A stretch of 62,134 bases of DNA, counting the filler, from Sphacelaria rigidula (Eukaryota): assembly GCA_964200075.2 (NCBI GenBank). It is 7 parts of 7 records of this genome, joined end to end, with 100 filler letters (N's around TTAATTAATTAA, not from the genome) between each part and the next. Parts side by side here need not be neighbours in the genome. Positions count along the whole stretch, not along the records: positions 44,455 to 53,244 come from CAXNAA020010089.1; positions 53,345 to 62,134 come from CAXNAA020010090.1; 5 more parts are not named here. One strand, 5' to 3'. The translations under genes were made by a program, and so were the position numbers. Under the pieces are notes generated by a model. That model did not search any database and was not told where the DNA came from. It saw nothing but the letters and a program-made list of their open reading frames with translations. Positions 51,880 to 62,134 of this stretch are shown here, one piece after another. The stretch's first letter is position 1, and each line of letters begins with the position of its first letter.

Positions 51880-52205
51880 CGACAGTTCGGTGACTTCTGG
51901 AAACCTTTCATCCCCGTAACCGACAGTTCTGTAGCTTCTCTTTGATGGTGGTTGGCCTACCCGACTTTTCTAGTGAAATCTGTAAGGCTTTCGTTGCCCA
52001 ACTTGATAGCTCTATGACTTCAGTGTCACTTGCACACCCCTATCGACAGATGTTTGACTTCAGTAACGCTTTCCCAATCCCTCGACAGTTCTGTGACTTG
52101 TCGAAGACTGTCCCACCGGTCCACGACAGTTTCGTGACTGTTGTGATCCACCATACCCTTCCAAGATAGCTCTGTTCTTTCTGTACACACGGTTTAACCC
52201 TACAC
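51880..52205. repeat. Degenerate ~41-bp tandem array (8 units)
   Basis: Units start at 51880, 51921, 51962, 52004, 52044, 52083, 52124 and 52164 with core CGACAGTTCTGTGACTTC; outliers near 50877, 51445 and 52302. Confidence 0.8.
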
Positions 52206-53244
52206 CCTTGTACAAATATCCGGGTGCGTGTTCTATTTTCTATGCAACTCTTTTTCATCACAAGACCACCAGTGGATTCTCTGTAAGCCTATTATCCCTA
52301 CCCGACAGGTTCCGTGGCCCCCGAGCGATTTTGTATCGGTACTCCCTACTTCTGTATGATCCACGAAAACTCTCGTACCCTACCCAATGCACCTTAACGC
52401 TGCAAAAGCTCAAATCTATTCTCGGGGCTGTGAACAATCAGCTCTGCTCAGTTCCGTCAACACTTGCCGCGCCAGTTGCCACTCTTTCCACTTTTTCCAG
52501 CTAATCGCCCCTCCCGGCTGGTAGGGGGTCCCGCTCAGAAGCGTCGCCCAAGTCAGAAAATTTTGCCGTGTTTGACCTTTTTTTCCTGCGGTAACCGTAA
52601 TTGGTTGCGAATTATGTAACCACTCACTGCGGGCTTATACGAGCCTCATACTGCTCTAACATGTTTTCGGTATGTAGTAGCGGTTCGAACATCATTTCTC
52701 TACACCATCCAGCAGCAGACTCTCTTCACGGGGACCTGGGGATCGGAACAAACATGCCACACTCTGGCAGTACCTTGGGCAATTGAAGTAAACAGGTTCT
52801 CACCGCAGATTATTCGACAGAACGCTTGTGTGTTTTGTGATCGCCCATGACCGGATTTTTTTTCTTCGGATGAGATACATACCCTGCTACATTTCTTCGA
52901 TGTATTGTGAGTATCTCCGACTTCATGTTCACATCGATCTTCATGAAATTGTGAATTGGGGTGTGGAGTTCGGCACTTCAGCACCAACCGTCCCACCATA
53001 ACTGAGACCCACCTCTTCATTTCTTCGTTTATCTCATTCGACCGACCAGCCTTCGACCGACCCGATGTCGGCGATAAAAGAAACTGCAGAACAACCGGGT
53101 ACCACCGACGTTTGTGGGACCTGAACTGCTGTAGACTGCTAACTTCAACCTTACAGTCTAATCGTACACGACTCATGCCGAGATAGCTCCCCCACAAAAC
53201 GTGCACGTGAGACGGTGCGACAAAACGGCTGCGATCCCACTATT

Positions 53245-53344
53245 NNNNNNNNNNNNNNNNNNNNNNNNNNNNNNNNNNNNNNNNNNNNTTAATTAATTAA
53301 NNNNNNNNNNNNNNNNNNNNNNNNNNNNNNNNNNNNNNNNNNNN
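53245..53344. other. Artificial contig-joining spacer
   Basis: N44-TTAATTAATTAA-N44. Confidence 0.98.
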
Positions 53345-54481
53345 TACAGATTTATTGGTCATGTTCCAGTCGACTGGGTTCCATTTGTCATACTTTGTCA
53401 TGCTTGGTACCTGATGGGTCATACTACATTGTTTGATTGAGTTGACTTGGCCACCCCCTTTGGGTCACAGCGTTTTGGACTGTGCATCTCATCTAGCAAA
53501 GCACAAGTTAGCCTGTACGCCAATAATACAAGAGCATCTACGCTATCATGGACTGCTATCTCAGAGGATTCTCTGGTCTTCAAGCAATGTAAGCCCGCAT
53601 TGCACGCAACATATAGGTCTTGTCTCCGGCGCGAACCATGGGCATGCGTCTGGTCATTGGTGTGTGGGTTGACTCCCCACCTGGCAAATCGAGCCCAATG
53701 GCTTCGATACTAATGATTGTGTTTGAGACCGCTAGCNNNNNNNNNNCCGCTAGCCTGGTGCCCACTGAACTGGCACCATTCCCAGCTAGAGTATCGAACC
53801 ATGATATGTATCTTCTCGCAACCCCGTAGCGTCTGTTTTCCCGTTCGGTTGCATTTTTCTGTAGTGTGTATATCGAAGGTAGAGTTAGGAATGTGTGGGA
53901 TAAAAAACACGCGCTGGGGCGATAGAGGAAATATAGCAATGATGAAGATCGCGTTATCTACAACTTCCCAGCCAATCACGAGACGGACCCCTCGATATCG
54001 AACGCCGGGACAAGTATTCTCGTATCTGTTACATCTGGATGTCATGGGCGATTGGGGAGGGGGGGGGGGGGGGGCTATGTTGCTGTTCACAGTACTATTA
54101 TTGTATTGATCTCGTGTTTCAGCAGCGTGTATCGCCCGCGAGGAAGGGACGTCATGTCTACAGACGAGCTCAGAGATGTTGCCGCTTGTCGTCAGTGATA
54201 ACATCCGCAACGAGCGATCCCAACTGCTGGGAATGTCTTGCGTGCTTGCTTCCTCTCAGCCTATGACGGTGGTGCCTCGTAGTCGGCGTTGTGCTGTACT
54301 GTACGAGCTTGCGGTATAATAAAGAAACTCTTCATACAGTGCGAATGACTTCTTGGTGTCTTACAGTTCACCTGCATGACATAGTCGGGTGAACTCCGCA
54401 TCAACGGGATATATGCCAGTTGCTAGCACACGCTCACCGCCTGCTCTCCTTTGTCGACGCCAAACCCTATTAGCTCCCCCC

Positions 54482-54554
54482 GCTCCGTCTCGAAAGGGAT
54501 GCGTGGTCAATGGTCAAACGACTAAGGCAAGCAACAAATCAGTACGCCCCCCCC
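54482..54554 (+). mobile_element. 3' end of oligo(C)-terminated LINE family
   Basis: C6 | GCTCCGTCTCGAAAGGGATGCGTGGTCAATGGTCAAACGACTAAGGCAAGCAACAAATCAGTACG | C8. Confidence 0.9.
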
Positions 54555-57500
54555 ATCCCCTCAGAAACACGTATGTCAACCTGGTTCTTACGGCGCGGCA
54601 ACATGTCGTCTATGACTTCGGTCGCAAACAACAGTTGATCTGGACGAGTACATGTTGGACCGTAGATAGTTCTGAGAAAATGCATGGACTGGGGCAAGTG
54701 GGCATTGGACCCAGATCCTCCCGAGCGTGTTTTGGTCTAAAATCAGCCATGTATGTGCAGTCGACCTGAGGTCTACCATCTAACAGTTGCCTAGGGAGAG
54801 GTTGTGCATTTCCCATGCCGGGGGGTGTCGTGCGTGTTGGGTTGGGGTTAGGGTTGCGGTTAGCATTGGGGTTTGAAAATGATCGAAAAAGCAACAAATG
54901 TTTTCGAACAAAACCAGAGGTTGCCTCCATGCATAATCAATATAATCGGACTTCAACCATGGTGGCTTTAAACCAGCAACGTATATTTTTCTGTGAGAAA
55001 AGTCCGATGATTATCTTTGGTATCTTCTACTGTAGGGGCTGATCCCAAGCTGACAGAATATGTCCGCTGTCCTTCCTGAGCACATCTACGAGGAGGATTA
55101 CCCTCCCACGGCTTGGTGATATGAACGCCGATGAACGTCACGACGGAGCGGTCGACGGAAATAACCAACAACCGCGCGGTAGGCCACCGATTTCAGTCCC
55201 CGAATTGTTCACGTTGTCAGCATATGACGTGGCCTATGCTGTGAACAATGTGCTACGCTGCGTTATGGGTGTTCCAATCATGGATACAGCACAAATATTC
55301 GGGGATCACCACGGCGCTTGTTAAGCATTGCTAAGGCTTGGAGAGAGGAGGGTATCACTTCCGACGCCGCAGCACCTATACTGCTGTGTCCCGCCAGCAA
55401 TCATTTCGGAACTCCGAGGAGTTCTAAAGGCTTTTATCCGGCACGCCAGAGATCGCCTCCAGGACAGCAGCGCAAACGGGGACAGAGAGGCAAGAATTTC
55501 TGTTTGAGAAAGAAGGCCGAGGTGAATACGTGAGGCGTTTATGTTTCACGAGCGCCGTTATTTGAAGTATATCGGCTCTGGTTTGCCGAACCACTGAATC
55601 TCCAGCGTCGACTTGCGCGCAATATTTTTCTCGCATTATCAATCCTGCTGCCGCAGCACTATCCGGGGGTGGGGGGGAGTAGGGGGGGGGCTTGTTCGCA
55701 CGAAATAGGGAGTAAAGTTCCCGTTGAAGCAGAAACGGTTGGTCGAACGAGCGTTTCACTGATGAGCAACGCTTACTCATACTGGTTGCCTCCGTCTAGA
55801 AACAGAGATAAGATCATGACTGCGGCTGAGCAATTTCTCCTGATTTGCGTTTGGTCCCATGTTCCACCGCAACCCGCAGTTATTATCGTCAAATTACTCA
55901 TGTCGCCAATGGATGGAAGCAACAACGGCACTTGTATCACCGATCATTGAAATACGCAAAAAAATCTGCCTGTCATGTGTGCATCATCACTCAGAGGGGA
56001 TCAAACCCCCGAGCACTGCTGACCTACAACCGCAAAGTCACGGAACGTTTGAGAAGCAATGTCATAACATGGAGAGCAACCCTGAGGTGCACGATGTGGG
56101 TAAGTATTCCTCAGTGTAAATGGTTGCAAGTCCCAACTTGATTATGTCGTGCTTTGTACACAGTTTGCGAAAATGTGACCACATGCAACACAGGGAGGCG
56201 GGAACGGCGACAGTAAGAGACGCGATGATGCTGTCATGCCGGAATGTGTAAGAAAAAAACTATATGCTGGCCCCACAGGACAAATGGCACCGTTCAGGGC
56301 GTGGTGATGGCATTGACTCGGGTCTATTTGTTTCACGCGCGGTCCTACTGTGTCGTCAACACAGGATTGCGAGATTTTCGGACGTCCGCCTAAGTCATTT
56401 ATGGAGGACAAGCCATGCCTCATTTCCATCCAAGGCCAAATAAGGAGCGCATTGTTCATGATGGTATACAGCGTGGATCTGAATCTCCCGCTACACTGTA
56501 CTGGGGTTCTTGAGGGAGCGCCACCGCCCAGCACTGAAGGTGCGAAACTACGATGAAGAAGTAGTACATCACTAGCTAGCGCTTGTACTTCCTCTGTGTT
56601 TGTGGCAAATACCGGAAACCACAACAACAGTAGCCCCATCCCGGAGAGGTTGCTGCATGTCAGAAGGAGACTTCAAAACCAGTACACATCTGTTTTTGGT
56701 CGAGAAAACTGGCTGATCCGGATGACGGCGGCAGTACAAAGATAAACAGAGACAACATGGATGGTTGTACGTAATGAATAACCACCCGCATTTAGCTCAA
56801 ACCGGGCGGACTATGGGTACGGGCGGTCAGAACCCATACGTAGAGCTTCATGACCGTTATCGTGGGCGCATGCACGGTCGCCGCCACCCATTTATATTCA
56901 TCTCGCGAAAACAGAGTTGGAAGGATTGCGAGAGGCGATGAACGCTACCTCAGGAGACCAGCAGCCGTGGATTTCCGTAAGGGTATATAATTCTATGTCC
57001 CACGAGAAAGCGAGAGCGGTAGGGCACGAGCAACATGCTGCGGAGGAACTGTCAAAGGCGAGTGGGAAAAAGAGACGTGTATGTTGAGAAATGACGTTGC
57101 ACCGGAGATCGGATATGTCCACGGAACAACAATTTACGTTGTGTAATTTACATGTGTGTTGGTTTTCCCAGTCGTTAATTCTTTTTTTGATGTGATATTG
57201 TACAGATAGATTTGTAATGGACGTGATGCTGTTGAGATGTTTCCCCCTGCGTTGGAGGAGTGTCGTGTCCTCGCGCCACAAGTAACGGGATCATACTGTA
57301 CGTACGCGTCAGGCCACGATTTGGTATGTCCCAAAGTACGCACGCAAGAGAACGGGCGCTTTGTAACGACGAAGCCAGAGACTAACGTCATCGCAATAAC
57401 AGCAAATACCACGTCTATGTAATCAGCCATAGCATTCCGACTGGTGAAGATCCCCCGACATCCGCCCAGATGTCTCAGATTCGAATCTTTTAATCTAAGA

Positions 57501-58649
57501 TGCGGTGGGGCATATGACCAGCCGTACCTATAACATCGGTCAATCGTAGCAGTGGCATCAACCGTTGTCCGCAATACAAGGGATCCCAAGGAGTAAGTCA
57601 TATTCTCGATCGGTTTTCAAAACCGACGATCGACGATTGTCGTGGTGCATATCCGTTTCGAAGAAGGCTTAATATCTATGGCATACAAAGGCCGATTCGC
57701 TTAATCATCTTCCCGTGAACAACATGAAAATCGGCCAACCCTAACAGACATATTCACATACAGTACATTTTCACATAACATACGCACCGTCCTACTCTCA
57801 CACCGCCAGACAGGCACGCGATGTGGAGTACTAGAGTCGATTTGGAAAACCGTCCCCCGATGAGCGATATACAACATAACTAGCCTCATGGCGGGACACA
57901 ACGTAACCCTAAAAACAGTTGTTGTTGTATAACCACCCCCCTACCGGCATCATAGTAAAAGTTCAAATTATCCAGAAACTCAACATCATATCTTACTCGA
58001 AATAACCTGCTACATTTCGAGATACAAACGCAGACGCAGGCTATACGTTGTAGTCCACTTGCAATGTTAATAATATCTCCCTGTAAAAAGATGGAGAATC
58101 CGTTGGCCGAATGTACGATCTCTGAGAGTGGTCCGATGAATAATATCATCATTGGATAGCCAAGCGATTCCGATATGTAAGAAACGATATCCCTATCCCC
58201 GCACAGGATGGTGACCATGTCCTTCAACATTCACATGCGCCTCTTCCGAAATTATCATCCGATAAACGTACATTGGGTCGAAGTAGTCAGTTTCGGAAAT
58301 CGACCCACGACATTCTCAACCCTCACAATGCCGTGATGTGTTATCTTGAAAGCCGCATACGCAAATACCTAAACAGAACGTTGCCGAGATACAATCATCC
58401 CGCTAACGGAGATCGTCTCGCCTCCGATGTCTGGAGCGAGGCCATCATAAAGCATGTCTGTCGTGTGTCTTTCGTAGTTGCATGTATGTCGCTTGTGTTC
58501 AATGTTAGAAGCAGTAATAATAAGACCATCGGTAGGAGTGGCATGCTATTGTGCATAGAGTTGTTGGTGTTGAGTGTGCAACCAACCTCATGCTATACCG
58601 GCAACATGGACCGTGCGGGATACATCTTCTCCATTCGTCTTCAATAGCA

Positions 58650-61600
58650 GAAGCCCTGTGTGAGTTCAGCCATTGGGGTCCTTGTCCCTATCATCCGACA
58701 AGCGTGCCACAGAGAAGAAGTCAGCACACCGGCACAGTTGACTCAAATATTGGGCAGTAATTGGGAGGACAACCTCTGGAAGGAAGACGGAAAGAAGAGA
58801 GGTGGGAAGAAAGACGCGAACGAGACATGGAGGAAGCTCCTCGACTACATGAAGGGATATGTGATGAGATTCGTCCTCACACCCCCAGGGGGGGCGCCAT
58901 TGAAAAACGAACCGCCTAAGCTCGGGTCGCTGGTGACGCTCGTGTTCTCCGTGGCACTTCACGACCGAGGCTGGCCATTGCAAGACGTGGTCCTCGATCA
59001 CCTCGCATTCGAGGAGGAGGAAGGGATCAAACCGGTGAGCGCCGCATGTGCGGCATTGAGTGGATTATATGGTGGACTATGCTCCCATGATAGCTTTGGT
59101 GTCCAAACAAAATCTAGTCTTCCTTCTGCTCGGGTCGGCGTACACGCCCCTGTTTCATGTCACACCCAGGACGACATCGCTTGTTTAGATCACAGCTGTG
59201 TGATGTTACGCTCGCTGCCTGTGCCTATAAATGAACGTGGGTCCCATTGTACATGATCTGCGTGATTAACCTAGCCATGTACCCATCTGGTGTCATCTCG
59301 ACGATTTTGTCTCATGCGCGTCATGTTCGACAGCCGATGCAGGGGTCGTCGCTGGGAAATCTCCTAGGCTACTCTTACTTATTTGGTCTCGACAAACGCT
59401 GCTTGAGTGATGGTCACCTGCACAAGCTTGTCCGGGAGAATGGCATCAACCAAGCGGTCATGACCTACTGTCAGGTATTGAAGCCGTTCCATCTCGCGCA
59501 CGATGTTGCATCCACCGTCATCAACGGAGCACACATGGACAGAGGTAATCATAGTCCACTCGACGAGACCGGTCGTATTTTGAGGGTGAGTCTGCGGGTG
59601 GTGACTAACGATAAGGAAGATGGCGACAAGATAGCCGCGTTGCGGTGGCAGCAACTTCAGTTTGATTTTGCTATGGCATCCGCAACGTGGATTAATGAGC
59701 AGGAAAGCCGTAAGGCGATACAGTCATACACTTACCCGGCTACGAACCCCAACACGTCGGACGGGGCGAAGGGAGCAACCGGGAACGTCTTCGATTGGCT
59801 GGACGCCGCATATCACCGGGTGTTTAAGGACGCACTCAGCGGGGCGAATTCCACGACTTTGGCGAAAGCCTAGGGACGGATTCAGAAGAAGAAACCGCCC
59901 CACAGCAATAAGAATTCGTTCACTATGGGAGTGTGGGAAGTGCCCCACGTGTCTGCGTGGGCGCACCCATACATTTTCGACAGTATCACCATTTACGAAT
60001 TCGTGAGTGCATGAATTGTTCGCAACAGCGACCGGTTTACATAATATGCAGATAATGTGAAACCTAAACAATATATTAGTAGCGACGTCAGTACATCCGA
60101 CGCAGACATAGAATGGGTGCACTCCCAGTCAAACGGGGAACGAATGTTCCACAATAACGAAGATATATGAGACTCGGTTTCTGAGACCGATCCGCGTGCA
60201 TCATTCAAATAGTAAAAAATAAATGTATTATGCATCATTCAAACTCCGATAGTTATACGCTTACCGGCATGTCATTTGGGATTTCTGTCGTCCCTGTGTG
60301 TGATGCCAACAGTCAACTTGAGGTGCATGACTTACTGTATCTACGGAGCAGTATACCGGCGGATTGACTGGGATGTAAAGGCTACCATCGACAACTCAGT
60401 CCCACAAGCCTCAGGAGCAAGAATGACATATAGCTGGCGATCGCCCATGCCCATAGACATCGCAGATATTCTCTCCGTTTTCAAATTGAGGTTCATGCAG
60501 CCACTGTCTGATATATCCATACCTTGGAGCAGATGACGGCTACACCACAAGGAGCCAAGGACACGACGAAGGCGGCGACCAGACGGAAGCTCGTCGTTAT
60601 CTATGCCCTTCTGGGGATGCTGCACACGCAGCATTTTGCGGAAGGGTCTACGGATGTATGCGACGATTTTAGAGCCGTAGTAAATATCCTCAAGTGTGAG
60701 GATGATGCCCTGGAGTTCAACAAGCTGTTGATGAGTGATCTGCCCAAACACCAGGTATACGACGGTGGCCCATATTTCCTGACTGAGACGGAGAGGAAGT
60801 ACATCAAAGGCGTAATATTCCCTGGCGGCATCAGCGACCCAGTGGCTACGAAGGTGGATGCTGCTCCCACCACCGAACGAGCAGCCACCCTACCCGGTGA
60901 GTTCTTACAACCCCTCGATGAAATATAATTATTCCAGATGTGTACATGTGTTCGCGGATGACACGCGGGGCCGACGTTTTAGTAAGCAGCGCGACAGATC
61001 GTTTGCGTTCATAACTTACGTGGTGCACGGCGTATTGCACTATATATGGTTACATGATGGTGATGAGCATCATGGGCTGCAATACTCACTTCACGTCCGA
61101 ATATCGGATGGGAGGTGGTCATCTACTCACTCGTTATTCGATACGTTCATCATTTCATCACTACTCGCAAAATTTGTGCATTACACACAATTGTAGACCG
61201 GCAGTCGCTTTCTGAAACCCGGAGAGAGAATGCTCGATACCCACGGATCTCATCAGCTGTTGGGTAAACGGGGGATGTTCATACACACAACGCGGAGTCA
61301 CAATATGTCCTCCACGCTTATACTCACTCAGCACGGTAGGCGAATTTTGTTACATGCCACAAGATTTAACACACATAATAACTCCAACAACATACAAGGG
61401 CAACGCACACTCCCTCATCCTCATTCTCTTACCTCTGCACAGACGTCAACATTGAGGCGCGCACCATTGAATTCAGGATCGACGACGACTAGTCTCCGCC
61501 GACAACGACGCCTGTACCTCTTCCTTTATGTGAGGCGCTCGAGAAGGTCATTGGCGGATCCGATGGTAGGATTCACCTAAGAGTGAAGAAAAATAAGACC

Positions 61601-62015
61601 CACTGGTGAGTTATTCTAGCGACATCATTGACCTAACGCTACCGCCCCCCTCTCTACCCTCGATTTGATAAATGGATAAGACCATATCAAATGCTGCTGT
61701 GTACTGCGACATGTGGGCGGGATAATGCAGATTTTGTGATGTGTTACAGTGGAGACAATGAGATGTTCAAGATGATGTTTGAATGCTGACGATGTGGTGG
61801 TAGCTATTGCAAGTGTGGCGCGGAATATGGTGCGATATGCAAAACAGGTGCACATGATCACGACGCAGATGACTCAAACTCTTCGTCAGCTTGAAAATCA
61901 CAGGATCACTATCGAAGGTGAACAATCACGATGTCTTATCGCCGCCCTCATCTCAACTGCTATCCCGACAGGAACCCACCAAATCGTACACGCTCGAGCA
62001 GCAGAAGAAGGGTAA
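58650..62015 (+). pseudogene. Decayed multi-exon gene, product unrecognised
   Basis: Protein-like blocks bounded by GTGAG donors (59035, 60003, 60897, 61606) and YAG acceptors (59333, 61196, 61442, 61749). Introns 59035-59333 and 60897-61196 join in phase. In-frame stop at 59871 and a frameshift near 60525. Confidence 0.55.
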
Positions 62016-62134
62016 AGGGAAGGCGCATCAAACTCCAATCCCCCCCCCCCCGGCGACGTAAACGAGCCTACGGAGTGTGATGATGGTGGTATGGAGGATG
62101 CCGGGCGCGGTAATGCCGTTGCCGATGGGATTAT

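Noticed and set aside
51880-52205. CRISPR array
   Set aside because: The repeats are degenerate, the variable halves share residual similarity, there are no cas genes, and the context is eukaryotic.
52600-53244. LINE ORF2 C-terminal zinc finger (YFNCPRY)
   Set aside because: A single short motif with no supporting RT blocks.
53729-53754. CCGCTAGC direct repeat as an 8-bp TSD
   Set aside because: It flanks a 10-N gap and is most likely an unmerged contig overlap.

Overview
Eukaryotic, repeat-rich DNA. The organism is inferred to be a brown alga (Phaeophyceae-like), from intron style and transposon families. The window is not one locus. It is seven pieces of 8792, 8791, 8791, 8790, 8790, 8790 and 8790 bp joined by identical 100-nt N44-TTAATTAATTAA-N44 spacers, which looks like size-sorted unrelated contigs, so no adjacency across spacers can be trusted. 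Only one apparently intact host gene is visible: three minus-strand exons of an SLC17/ACS-type MFS anion transporter with a ~430-aa low-complexity central loop (5' exons not found). The rest is transposon debris. This includes a Copia element with a nested solo LTR and 5-bp TSD, Gypsy protease and integrase fragments, a DIRS/Ngaro fragment, a probable Penelope-like RT, a plant-type mariner, several MITEs, tRNA-derived SINE heads and modular arrays. The most notable patterns are a LINE whose 3' ends always stop in, and often start at, oligo(C) runs, a CACAC-terminal TIR family with fold-back interiors, a head-to-head pair of ~98-bp piggyBac-like elements, a 41-bp degenerate array, and a decayed multi-exon orphan gene. 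Family calls come from manual motif reading, not database searches.
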